A stretch of 64,000 nucleotides of DNA, taken from NCBI GenBank assembly GCA_041946735.1, contig JBHGAY010000011.1:74132-138131 (forward strand). The letters run 5' to 3'. The DNA is from Candidatus Eiseniibacteriota bacterium (GTDB lineage: Bacteria > Eisenbacteria > RBG-16-71-46 > CAIMUX01 > VGJL01). Of the stretch, positions 29,989-39,416 are shown piece after piece. Below the pieces are notes generated by a model, which saw only the letters and a list, made by a program, of their open reading frames with translations, was not told the origin of the DNA and ran no database searches. Positions within the stretch are counted from its first letter, which is position 1. Each line of letters opens with the position of its first letter. The position numbers and the translations under genes were made by a program.

Positions 29989-31407
29989 GTGACGAAGAAC
30001 ACGAAGATCGTTGCGACGTACGGCCCTTCGATCGCGAAGCCGGAGATCCTGCGAGCCGTGCTGGAAGCGGGCGCCGACGTGATCCGGTTGAACTTCTCCT
30101 ATGGAGCGCCGGAGGAGCACGAGCGAGCGATTCGGGACATTCGGGCGGCGGCCGCGACTCTCGGGCGGCCGGTCGCGATCCTGCAGGACCTGCGCGGGCC
30201 GAAGATCCGTGTCGGGCACCTGCCTCCCGGCGGGATCGTTCTCTCCGCCGGGGAGATCGTGCCGCTCGAGATGGGCCTGGACGCGGCGCCCGGCGCAATC
30301 CCGATCGAGGGGCACGCCGGGCTTGCGTCCGAAGTCCGGCCGGGCGAGCCGATCCTTCTCGACGACGGGGCGATCCGTCTCCGGGTGCTCGACGCCACTC
30401 CAGCTCGAATCCGCTGCGAGGTTCTCGCCGGAGGCCCCCTCCTAAGCGGCAAGGGGGTGAACCTTCCCGACACCCGCTTGAGCGCCCTCGAAACGGTCAC
30501 CGAAAAGGACCGAGCCGATCTCGCCTTCGGCATCCGCGCGGGCGTCGATTACGTGGCGCTGTCCTTCGTCCGATCGCCCCGGGACGTGCGGGAGCTGCGC
30601 CGGCTGCAATCGGAGCAAGGAGCGGCGATCCCGATCGTCGCGAAGATCGAAAAGCGAGAGGCGCTCCACGAACTCCCGCAGATTCTCGAGGAGTCCGATG
30701 GCGTGATGGTTGCCCGAGGGGATCTGGGAGTCGAGACCGACCTGGAAGAGGTCGCCCTTCGCCAGAAGGAGATCATTCTCGCCTGCAACCGGGAAGGAAA
30801 GATCGTGATCACCGCGACGCAGATGCTGGAGTCGATGATTACGCATCCTTCTCCGACGCGCGCCGAGGTCTCGGACGTCTCCAACGCGGTGCTCGACGGG
30901 ACCGATGCGGTGATGCTGAGCGGCGAGACTTCCGTCGGGACCTATCCCGTCGAGACGGTCGCCTTCATGGCGCGCATCGTCGAGAGAACCGAAGCGAGGT
31001 TCCCGCGCCACCTGGTCGGTCTCGTGCACCCGCTCCTTGCCGAAGTACCGGATGCCGTCGCCCACGCCGCTTGCACCCTCGCGGAGGAGATCCGCGCCGA
31101 CGCCCTCGTTTGCCTGACGCGAAGCGGCCGCACCGCGCAGCTCGTCTCGCGCTATCGCCCGGCCTGTCCGATTCTCGCGCTCAGCCCCGACGCTGCCACC
31201 GTGCGGCGGCTGGCGATCGTATGGGGCGTCGAGCCGATGTACGGCGGGCCGGAAACGGCGTCCGGGGACGGCGTGCGCGAAGCGATCGAGTGCGCGCGCG
31301 CGACGGGACGGTTCCGGCCGGGAGCGCGGATCGTCATCACCTCCGGTGTGCGCGACGGATCGCTCGGAGGTGTCACGAACTCGGTCCGGGTCGAATCGTT
31401 CCCCTGA
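29989..31407 (+). CDS. pyk: pyruvate kinase
   Basis: TKIVAT.GP, DLRGPKIR, KGVNLP, LSFVR, AKIE, MVARGDLG, ATQMLESM, PTRAE, MLSGET. Confidence 0.95.
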   Translation: MTKNTKIVATYGPSIAKPEILRAVLEAGADVIRLNFSYGAPEEHERAIRDIRAAAATLGRPVAILQDLRGPKIRVGHLPPGGIVLSAGEIVPLEMGLDAAPGAIPIEGHAGLASEVRPGEPILLDDGAIRLRVLDATPARIRCEVLAGGPLLSGKGVNLPDTRLSALETVTEKDRADLAFGIRAGVDYVALSFVRSPRDVRELRRLQSEQGAAIPIVAKIEKREALHELPQILEESDGVMVARGDLGVETDLEEVALRQKEIILACNREGKIVITATQMLESMITHPSPTRAEVSDVSNAVLDGTDAVMLSGETSVGTYPVETVAFMARIVERTEARFPRHLVGLVHPLLAEVPDAVAHAACTLAEEIRADALVCLTRSGRTAQLVSRYRPACPILALSPDAATVRRLAIVWGVEPMYGGPETASGDGVREAIECARATGRFRPGARIVITSGVRDGSLGGVTNSVRVESFP

Positions 31408-31838
31408 GAGGGGCGCCACTCGGCTCGACCCGTACTCTCCGGGCTCGCCTCCTCCCGCTCGGCTGCTTCCGCTCGCTCGTGCTCGCACGGCTCCTCCGCG
31501 TCATCGCCCGGGACCTCCGCGCTCTCTGCATCGCCTCGGCGGTTTCTTCCGTTGCTCCTCGCGCGGTTGCTCCTCGGTTGCTCGTTGAATCTCCAGAACG
31601 GGCGTGCAGAGATGGGGGAGAGGGAACGAGTCGCGCGAGGAGATCAGTAGCGGATGGAGGAAGCGGGAGCCGGGAGCGGGGAATCCGCGCGGAGCCGGGA
31701 AATGTCTTCCTTCGTCCGCCTCCGTTGGGAACCGCCACGCGGGAATCGTGATGAAAGAGGGAACGAGGCGCGGTGCGCGTGAGCGGATTCCGTCGCGGCC
31801 GTCGCCAGGGATACGGCCGGAAAAGGAAGGAGAAGAAG

Positions 31839-32477
31839 ATGGCGAACGCGAAAGAGGGCCGCACCGAACAGAGCGACCGGAAGGAGAGCGAGGGAGGGAG
31901 CGAGGAACGACGTTCGAGCGGTGGAGCGCAAGGCAGGTCCGCAGAGCGCCGGGGCGGAGAGATGGCTCCCTGGACCCCGTCCATGTTCGCGTTGAGCCCG
32001 CGTGAGTTCTGGACCGCAAGCCCGTTCGATCTGATGCGCCGTTTCACGGAAGAGATGGGTCGATGGTTCGACGGATTCGGGCCAAGGGCGGGAGCGATGC
32101 GCTCCGGACGCGCGGCGGTTTCGTGGGCTCCCCCGGTGGAGATCCTGGAAAGGGACAACCATCTTCTCGTACGGGCGGAGCTGCCCGGCATGAAGAAGGA
32201 GGACGTCAAGGTGGAGGTCCGTGAAGGGGATCTCGTGATCCACGGTGAGCGGCGCCGAGAGCACGAGGAGCGCCGCGAGGGGATGGTGCAGTCCGAGTGG
32301 AGCTACGGCGAATTCTATCGCCGGCTTCCCCTTCCCGACGACGTCGACGCCTCTCAGGCGAACGGCCGCTTCCACGACGGCATTCTCGAGATCTCGCTGC
32401 CGATCGTAGAGGAGCGACGGAAAGGGCGGGAGATTCCGATCGAGGCGGGTTCGCGCGAGGAAAGGCCGCAAAAGTGA
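31839..32477 (+). CDS. Hsp20/alpha-crystallin family small heat shock protein
   Basis: WAPPVEI.E, AELPGMKKEDVKV, E.SYGEFYRRLPLP, F.DGILEI. Confidence 0.92.
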   Translation: MANAKEGRTEQSDRKESEGGSEERRSSGGAQGRSAERRGGEMAPWTPSMFALSPREFWTASPFDLMRRFTEEMGRWFDGFGPRAGAMRSGRAAVSWAPPVEILERDNHLLVRAELPGMKKEDVKVEVREGDLVIHGERRREHEERREGMVQSEWSYGEFYRRLPLPDDVDASQANGRFHDGILEISLPIVEERRKGREIPIEAGSREERPQK

Positions 32478-32528
32478 AGAAGACGCAGAAGCGAAGAAGC
32501 CGCAGGAGTGAATCGAGAGGAGGACGGC

Positions 32529-32714
32529 ATGGCATCGCATCGGGATCCGGTCTGTGGAATGACGGTGGAGGAAAGCCGGGCCGCAGCGACGAGCGAATAC
32601 AAAGGCAACCGGTATTACTTCTGCTCCATGGAGTGCAAACGGCAGTTCGACCGACAGCCGGAGAAGTACGCGACGACTTCGGCGACTCGGCAGGGCTCTC
32701 GATCTTCGTCGTAG
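32529..32714 (+). CDS. YHS domain protein
   Basis: DPVCGMTV...YKGNRYYFCSMECK..F...PEKY; GGAGG SD. Confidence 0.9.
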   Translation: MASHRDPVCGMTVEESRAAATSEYKGNRYYFCSMECKRQFDRQPEKYATTSATRQGSRSSS

Positions 32715-33114
32715 GAGCCTCGCAGCGACATCGCGACCGGGCGGCCCACGAACTCCGCTCGGGCGGGCTCTTCGGTACTCGCCTCTTCGAACGGCGCGGA
32801 TCTCCGGATCCGCGTCGCGTCGTTTCTTACCCCTGCCTCATTACACAAGAATCACTGATGTTCGTGGTTGCCGCCTCGTATGATGACGGCGAGGGCCAGA
32901 AGTCCTGGTGAACGGAAGTCGATGCGCGCGTGAGCGGGGCTGTGATCGAGAATGTGAAAGGGGAGCTCTGTTGCCGGGCCCCGAGGCGGCGGAGATGGCC
33001 CAAAAGAAGAGACCGGAGCCGCACGACAAGAACCAGACCACACGCATCGACTTGGAATCGACCGGAAGAGTCATCCCGATCCGGCAACAAGCACACGAGC
33101 AGGAGGCGACATCG

Positions 33115-34158
33115 ATGAGCAGCCCTAGCGAAGCCAGGCGCATGGCGGAGAGAGCCGGGAACGAAGCCGAGACGAAGGCGCGTCAGGTAGTGGATCGGAT
33201 CGGAGAGACAGCGAAGCAGGTCGGGGAACGAATCTCCTCGACCGTCCGCGAGAGTTCGCCGGGCACGCGCAGGGCCGTCGCCGGCGCCGCGGGAGGCCTT
33301 CTCGCGTACTACGCGATTCGCAGGCGCGGCATCCTGGGCGCCGGCGCCGGCCTCGCCAGTGTCGCGACGGTCGCCTACGCGGTCACCGGCAGAAGTCCGG
33401 CGTCGTTCATCCGCAGAGGCCGCAGGAACGGCTCCGGATATTCGGTCGACCGAACCCTGAGAGTCGACGCGCCGGTGCAGGATGTCTTCCGCTTCTGGAC
33501 TCGCTACGAGAACCTGGCTCGCGTCTTCTCCCACATCGAGAGGGTCGAGGATCTCGGGAACGGGCGGTCCCGATGGATCGCGCGCGGCCCCGGCGGAATC
33601 CCGGTCGAGTGGGAAGCGATGCTCACCGCCCGTGTGCCCGACGAGCGTCTCGCGTGGAAGAGCCTGCCCGGCTCGCGGATGGATACCTGGGGCGAGGTCG
33701 AATTCCGCCCGAGCGGTGAAGGGACCGACATCCACATTCGCATGATGTACAACCCGCCGGGCGGGGTGGCCGGAAAGAAGCTCGCCGAGATGTTCGGGTC
33801 CGATCCCGATCAGGCCCTGGACGAGGACATCGAAAGGCTCCGGTCGACCCTGGAGCGTGAGCGCTCCCCCAGAACCGCGTCGTTTGCCAGCAATCCGCGT
33901 ACCGACGGGACGTCGCCATCCGGTTCTTCGCGAGGCGGCGGTTCGCAGAGCGCTTCGCAGACGGGTTCGCAAGGCGGCTCCGCGAGATCGCAAGGCCAAG
34001 GCCAAGGCCAAGGACAAGGGCAAGGCCAAGGCCAAGGATCGGGGTCGCCTGGGCAGGCGGCGGGGTCCCGCGGTGGCTCCTCCCCAAGCGGGGCCACGAA
34101 CTCGGGAAGCCGTAGTGGGGGATCCGGCCAGGACGGCGGCGACCGCACGAGAAGCTGA
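33115..34158 (+). CDS. SRPBCC (polyketide cyclase/START-like) family protein with N-terminal membrane segment and Gly/Ser/Gln-rich tail
   Basis: FW..YENL.RVFSHI, SRWIARGP.G..VEW.A, LAWKS, Y.PPGG; AGGAGG SD. An alternative start lies at 32995. Confidence 0.85.
   Translation: MSSPSEARRMAERAGNEAETKARQVVDRIGETAKQVGERISSTVRESSPGTRRAVAGAAGGLLAYYAIRRRGILGAGAGLASVATVAYAVTGRSPASFIRRGRRNGSGYSVDRTLRVDAPVQDVFRFWTRYENLARVFSHIERVEDLGNGRSRWIARGPGGIPVEWEAMLTARVPDERLAWKSLPGSRMDTWGEVEFRPSGEGTDIHIRMMYNPPGGVAGKKLAEMFGSDPDQALDEDIERLRSTLERERSPRTASFASNPRTDGTSPSGSSRGGGSQSASQTGSQGGSARSQGQGQGQGQGQGQGQGSGSPGQAAGSRGGSSPSGATNSGSRSGGSGQDGGDRTRS
33991..34038 (+). repeat. hexanucleotide tandem repeat (CAAGGC-like x8) encoding (QG)n
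   Basis: caaggccaaggccaaggccaaggacaagggcaaggccaaggccaagga. Confidence 0.85.
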
Positions 34159-34531
34159 CCCAGCTTCGCAAGGCAGGGGGGAACTGCGCCGCCTGTCACT
34201 CGCGAAGCGGGCATTGGCCGATCGGGTCGGAGATCCGGCGAGGGCGTCTCCGCGTGGAAGCCTTCGCCCGCACCTGGGCTCGCGAGAAGCAAAACCGGGA
34301 ACCGGCGACGAATAGGCTCGGAGAGGAAGACCGCACAGCAGGATCGATCGCGGCTCGCATGGAAGCGGCAGGAGCCCGTGTTTCGCAGGGAGGCGGTTTG
34401 AAGGCTTTGCGCAGCGACGGGAGCGAGGCGAGTGGCCGCTCCGGAACTCTCTCTCTCCTTCCAGCGGATCACGGGGCCGAAAGTCGCCGCCTGACCCCAT
34501 CCTCATGTTCGGAGCCCGCGAGGAGGACGAG

Positions 34532-35065
34532 ATGAAGCAGGAACCGGACCGCGGGATACGCGTCGAAGAATCGGTACGGATCGCTCGCCCGGCCGCCACC
34601 CTCTATCACGTGTGGCGCGACTTTCACAATCTTCCGAAGATCATGAAACACCTCGATGAGGTGATCGTCCTCGACGGCAAACGATCTCACTGGGTCGCCA
34701 AGGGCCCGCTGGGGAAGCGCGTCGAATGGGACGCGGAGATCATCCACGAGGAGCCGGACCGGCAGATCTCCTGGCAGTCCATCTCCGGATCGGACGTGGC
34801 GAGCGCCGGCTCGGTTCGGTTTCTCCCCGACGAGAGGGATCGATCGATCACCGAGGTGCGAGTGGTGCTGCGATATGCGCCACCCGCCGGGAAGCTCGGA
34901 GAGGCGGTCGCCAGTCTGTTCGGCGATTCAGCGTCTCAGCAGATCCGCGACGACCTGGAGCACTTCCGGGAGTGGATGGAGCGGGACGGCGCGGCCGGCG
35001 AGCTCGCGCGGGCGGACGCCGCGCGCGGGCCGGGCGGCCGCGGGCGGGCCGAGCCGATCGATTGA
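34532..35065 (+). CDS. SRPBCC family protein
   Basis: WRDFHNLPKIMKHL, SHWVAKGP.G..VEWDAEI, ISWQS, YAPPAG; GAGGAGG SD. Confidence 0.9.
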   Translation: MKQEPDRGIRVEESVRIARPAATLYHVWRDFHNLPKIMKHLDEVIVLDGKRSHWVAKGPLGKRVEWDAEIIHEEPDRQISWQSISGSDVASAGSVRFLPDERDRSITEVRVVLRYAPPAGKLGEAVASLFGDSASQQIRDDLEHFREWMERDGAAGELARADAARGPGGRGRAEPID

Positions 35066-35094
35066 GCCGGCACCAGCCAGGGGAGGGATCGCCG

Positions 35095-36138
35095 ATGCGC
35101 GCGAGAGCGGGACGGAACGGACGGAACGCGAAGATCTTCCCCCCTCCCCAGCGGGTCGCGGTCCTCCGCGCCCTGCAAGTGGGCGATCTGCTTTGCGCCG
35201 TGCCGGCGCTGCGCGCTCTGCGATCCTCCCTGCCCGAAGCGCGGATCGTCCTGATCGGACTGCCGTGGGCCCGCTGGTTCGTGCAGCGCTTCGCTTCCTA
35301 TCTCGACGACTTCCTCGAGCTGCCCGGCTTCCCGGGCTTGCCGGAGAGGGAGTTCGATCACGAGATGTTCCCCGCCTTCCTTGCCGAAGCGCACGCGCAT
35401 CGTTTCGATCTCGTCCTTCAGATGCACGGAAGCGGAGCGCTGACGAATCCTCTCGCCGCCCTCCTCGGGGCCGAAAGGGTCGCGGGATACCACGAGCCCG
35501 GCTCCTTCTGTCCCGATCCGTCGCTCTTTCTCGAGACGGTTCGCGGACCGGAGCCGGAGGTGCGGCGATGGGTCCGCCTCGTGGAGCATGTCGGCTATCG
35601 GTCCTGCGGTGAGGATCTGGAGTTCCCCGTGTGGGAGAAGGATCGCCTCGAGCTGCGGCGCCGCCTGGGCTCCTCGGAGTCGTCGGCCTTCATCTGCGTG
35701 CACCCGGGCGGACGGTCGGCCGAGCGTCGCTGGCCGGCCGACCGTTTTGCGGAGGTGGCGGACCGGATCTCGGGCTGGGGATTCCCGATCGTGCTGACCG
35801 GAGGGCCCGGCGAGGAGGAGATCGGCCGGGAGGTCGCTGCGCGAATGCGAGCCCCCGCTCTCGACACCATCGGGAAGTTGAGTCTTGGCGGGCTCGCGGC
35901 GCTCGTCGAAAGGGCCGCGCTGGTCGTCTGCAACGACACGTCCGTATCGCATATCGCGGCGGCTCTCAGGGTGCCGAGCGTCGTCATCACGGTCGCGTCG
36001 GATCCGGGCCGATGGGCCCCGCTCGACACCCAGCGGCACCGGATCGTGGACGGACCCCGTGAGGACGCGACGGAAAGGGTGCTGCAAGAAGCGGAGTACG
36101 GGATCTCCGGAGGAGGAATCGAGCTGAAGTTCTCCTGA
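35095..36138 (+). CDS. glycosyltransferase family 9 (heptosyltransferase-like)
   Basis: RALQVGDLLCAVPALRAL, HPGG....RRWP..RF, NDTSVSHIAAAL.VP. Confidence 0.88.
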   Translation: MRARAGRNGRNAKIFPPPQRVAVLRALQVGDLLCAVPALRALRSSLPEARIVLIGLPWARWFVQRFASYLDDFLELPGFPGLPEREFDHEMFPAFLAEAHAHRFDLVLQMHGSGALTNPLAALLGAERVAGYHEPGSFCPDPSLFLETVRGPEPEVRRWVRLVEHVGYRSCGEDLEFPVWEKDRLELRRRLGSSESSAFICVHPGGRSAERRWPADRFAEVADRISGWGFPIVLTGGPGEEEIGREVAARMRAPALDTIGKLSLGGLAALVERAALVVCNDTSVSHIAAALRVPSVVITVASDPGRWAPLDTQRHRIVDGPREDATERVLQEAEYGISGGGIELKFS

Positions 36139-36221
36139 GTCGACGAAGAGGCCGGGGAAGGGACGATCCCCGGCAAGCCGTTGGAAGCGGGCATGCGAAC
36201 GCGAGAGCGAGGAAACGTAAC

Positions 36222-37199
36222 GTGAAGATCCTGACCTGGCACATCCACGGCAACTACCTGTACTACCTGTCGCAGTCTCCGCACGACTTCTTCCTTCCCG
36301 TGCTGCCGGGCCGGCCACCCGGATACACCGGCCGCTCCGGCTCCTTTCCCTGGGGCGACAACGTGCACGAGGTGCCGGCCGACCGGGTGCGCCACCTGCC
36401 AGTCGATTGCGTCCTCTATCAGTCCAGAAGGAATTGGGAAAGCGACCAGTACGAGATTCTTTCGGATTCCCAGCTGCGCGGCCCGCGGGTCTACCTCGAG
36501 CACGATCCTCCCCGGCAGTCTCCGACCGACACGCGGCACCCGTTGGACGATCCCGGAGTTCTGCTCGTGCACGTCACCCACTTCAACGATCTGATGTGGG
36601 ACTCGGGCCCGGTGGAGACGCGTGTCATCGAGCACGGAGTCGTCGTCCCCTCCGGCGTCCGTTACACGGGGGAAATCGAACGCGGCCTGGTCGTGGTCAA
36701 CAACCTCGTTTCGCGTGGCCGGAGGCTCGGATACGACCTCTACAGCCGGACACGGCAGCGCGTCCCGCTGGATCTCGTGGGGATGAACGCCGACATCGCT
36801 TTCGGTATCGGCGAGATCCAGCCGGACCGTCTCGCGGCGTTCGTCGCCCGCTATCGCTTTCTCTGGAACCCGATCCGCTACACGAGCCTGGGGCTGGCGG
36901 TCTGTGAAGCGATGATGCTCGGGGTGCCGATCGTCGGCCTTGCGACGACCGAAATGTCCACGGTCATCGAGAACGGCGTTTCCGGCTACATCGACACCGA
37001 CGTCGAACGTCTCATCGAGAGGATGCAGGGGCTGCTGCGCGACCCGGACCTCGCGCGCCGGCTGGGGGAAGGCGCGCGTCGCACAGCCATGGAAAGGTTC
37101 TCGATCGAGCGGTTCGGCCGCGATTGGGACCGGACGTTCACCGAGGTGGCCGGAGCATCCGGCGCCCATGCGAGAACCCTGCATGCGGACCCTGCTTGA
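36222..37199 (+). CDS. GT-B glycosyltransferase (GT4-like)
   Basis: TWHIHGNY N-terminus; P.RYTSLGLAVCEAMMLGVPIV, IENGVSG. Confidence 0.85.
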   Translation: MKILTWHIHGNYLYYLSQSPHDFFLPVLPGRPPGYTGRSGSFPWGDNVHEVPADRVRHLPVDCVLYQSRRNWESDQYEILSDSQLRGPRVYLEHDPPRQSPTDTRHPLDDPGVLLVHVTHFNDLMWDSGPVETRVIEHGVVVPSGVRYTGEIERGLVVVNNLVSRGRRLGYDLYSRTRQRVPLDLVGMNADIAFGIGEIQPDRLAAFVARYRFLWNPIRYTSLGLAVCEAMMLGVPIVGLATTEMSTVIENGVSGYIDTDVERLIERMQGLLRDPDLARRLGEGARRTAMERFSIERFGRDWDRTFTEVAGASGAHARTLHADPA

Positions 37200-37218
37200 G
37201 GGCCCACCAGGAGGAGCC

Positions 37219-39351
37219 ATGAACAAACGAGTGGCGCTCATCAGCGAACACGCATCGCCGCTCGCGATCCTCGGGGGCAGGGACAGCGGGGGCCAGAATG
37301 TCTACGTCGCGCATCTGGCCCGGAACCTGACGAAGTTCGGCTACCGGGTCGACGTCTTCACGCGACGTGACGATCCCTCGCAGCCCGAGGTCCTCGATTG
37401 GGAGAGGGGCGTGCGGATCGTCCATGTTCCGGCCGGTCCGCCCGAGTACGTCCGCAAGGAGGATCTGCTGCCCTACATGGAGCCGTTCACCGCGTGCATG
37501 CTCGCGTTCTTCCGCCGCAGGCGGATCAAGTACGACCTGATCCATGCGAACTTCTGGATGTCGGCGCTCGTCGCCGCGGACCTGAAGAAAGCGCTCGGAA
37601 TTCCGTTCGTCGTCACCTTCCACGCTCTCGGGCGTGTCCGGCGGCGTCACCAGGGGGCGGCGGACGAGTTCCCGGACCAGCGCTTCGAGATCGAGGATCG
37701 TGTCATCGCCGAAGCGGACATGATCATTGCGGAGTGCCCGCAGGACGAAGAGGACCTGATCCATCTCTACAACGCGGAGCCGTCGCGCCTTCGAATCATT
37801 CCGTGCGGATTCGATCCGGCCGAGTTCGCCCCGATCGGCAAGGCGAGGGCGCGGCGCAAGCTCGGGATCGATCCCGGGCAGCGGGTGCTGCTCCAGCTCG
37901 GCCGGATGGTCCCCCGCAAAGGAGTCGACAACGTGGTCCGCGGTTTCGGCGACCTCGTCCATGAGCACGGGATCGACGCGCGACTCTTCGTGGTCGGCGG
38001 AGAGACGGACCTGCCCGATCCGAAGAAGACTCCCGAGATCGGGCGCCTTCAGGAGATCGCGCGTGTATGCGACGTTGCGGGCCGCGTGGTTTTCACCGGA
38101 AGGAAGCGCCGAGCCAGCCTCCGGTGGTATTACGCGGCGGCTGACCTGTTCCTCACGACCCCTTGGTACGAGCCGTTCGGGATCACTCCCGTCGAGGCGA
38201 TGGCCTGTGGCACGCCGGTGATCGGCTCTTCGGTCGGCGGGATCAAGTTCTCGGTTCGCGACAGCGAGACCGGCTACCTCGTCCCGCCGAACGATCCGGC
38301 CGCCATTGCGGCGAAGATTGCGCACCTGTACAGGAACCCCAAGCTCCTCGACCTCTTCGCGCGGCAGGCGATCGCGCGAGCGAGGCACCTCTTCAGCTGG
38401 CAGAAGGTCGCGTCGGGCGTTGCCGAGCTCTATGAGGACGTCCTCGCCGCCGGGCGGCCCGAGACGCGCCGCCGGCTCGAGCTGTTCGCGATGGTCGAGA
38501 GGTCGTTCGAGTCGACGGTGGACGTCCTACAGCAGTCGCGCCGGCTCGTGCGCGGCTCGCTCGTCGAGGCGGCGCAGTCGATCGCCGGTTGCGCGCTCTC
38601 CGGGCGGACGATCTACATCCGATGCGTTGGCTCCGGCGAGGCTGTTGCGCATCAGATCGCCCGCGAGCTGACCGGCGGAGCGCACATGGCGGGGCTCGAT
38701 CGCTTGCGCCTCCGCGTGCTGCGGCCCTCGCGGCCTCCGGTCGCCCGCGGCGGGGGAGGCGTGTCCGGCGCGGTTTCGCGCTTTGCAGGGCAGGGCAAAG
38801 GCAGGCTTCGCGAGGTCACGCGCCAGACGTGGGGCGCCGGAGCGGCAGTCGACGACGGCAGCGGGAACGGGCACCCCGCCGGCAACGGCCACATCACCGG
38901 GAACGGTCACACCGGGGCGAACGCCGACGCATCTCGTGTGCCGCAAGCCTGGCGTCCGGAAACGCGACGGCGCGCTCCTCGCCGGCGCGGGAGCAACGCC
39001 GACGTTCTCCTCGCCGTATGCACAGGAAGGAGGCTGCACCACCTTGCCCGCACGCTCCGCCGGGCTCGGCGGCGTGGCATGAAGACGGTCGTGATCTTCG
39101 GCGGCGATGCGAACCGCATCCTTCCGCTCGCCGACGTCGCGGTCGCGATCCCCTCGTTCGATTCGCGAAGGATACGGGAGACGCAGATCGTCCTCTTCCA
39201 TCTCCTCCGGCAGTTGGTGGAGGAACAGATGATCTCGGCCGTCGCGGCCGAGCCGCTCGCGTCGAAACCGTCGCGGAGCGAGGTGTGGCCGATCGCAAAG
39301 GCGGGAAGCCGGAGCCGTCCGGTCGCGGCAAGGATCGGGTCCCGCTCCTGA
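37219..39351 (+). CDS. GT4 (MshA-like) glycosyltransferase fused to degenerate GmhA-like SIS domain
   Basis: ISEHASP...DSGGQNVYV, HANFWMS, RMVPRKG, YEPFGITPVEAMACG. The C-terminal part resembles phosphoheptose isomerase (ELTG, DVLLAVCT, GMKTV, ADVAVAIPS, RIRE...H). Confidence 0.85.
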   Translation: MNKRVALISEHASPLAILGGRDSGGQNVYVAHLARNLTKFGYRVDVFTRRDDPSQPEVLDWERGVRIVHVPAGPPEYVRKEDLLPYMEPFTACMLAFFRRRRIKYDLIHANFWMSALVAADLKKALGIPFVVTFHALGRVRRRHQGAADEFPDQRFEIEDRVIAEADMIIAECPQDEEDLIHLYNAEPSRLRIIPCGFDPAEFAPIGKARARRKLGIDPGQRVLLQLGRMVPRKGVDNVVRGFGDLVHEHGIDARLFVVGGETDLPDPKKTPEIGRLQEIARVCDVAGRVVFTGRKRRASLRWYYAAADLFLTTPWYEPFGITPVEAMACGTPVIGSSVGGIKFSVRDSETGYLVPPNDPAAIAAKIAHLYRNPKLLDLFARQAIARARHLFSWQKVASGVAELYEDVLAAGRPETRRRLELFAMVERSFESTVDVLQQSRRLVRGSLVEAAQSIAGCALSGRTIYIRCVGSGEAVAHQIARELTGGAHMAGLDRLRLRVLRPSRPPVARGGGGVSGAVSRFAGQGKGRLREVTRQTWGAGAAVDDGSGNGHPAGNGHITGNGHTGANADASRVPQAWRPETRRRAPRRRGSNADVLLAVCTGRRLHHLARTLRRARRRGMKTVVIFGGDANRILPLADVAVAIPSFDSRRIRETQIVLFHLLRQLVEEQMISAVAAEPLASKPSRSEVWPIAKAGSRSRPVAARIGSRS

Positions 39352-39416
39352 TCCCGGACGCTGGGGCCGGTCGCGCAAGCAACGAAGGAACGGGAGTCCG
39401 AGAAGAGGAGGGCGCG

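Noticed and set aside
32941..32960. TGTGA half-sites resembling a CRP/FNR site
   Set aside because: There is no inverted TCACA half at the N6 spacing.
34254..34535. 93-aa ORF overlapping the second SRPBCC start
   Set aside because: No recognisable motif, no clear SD and atypical composition; probably intergenic.
33115..35065. SRPBCC 'polyketide cyclase' genes as a sign of a type II PKS cluster
   Set aside because: No ketosynthase or ACP is present, and this subtype is typical of stress loci.
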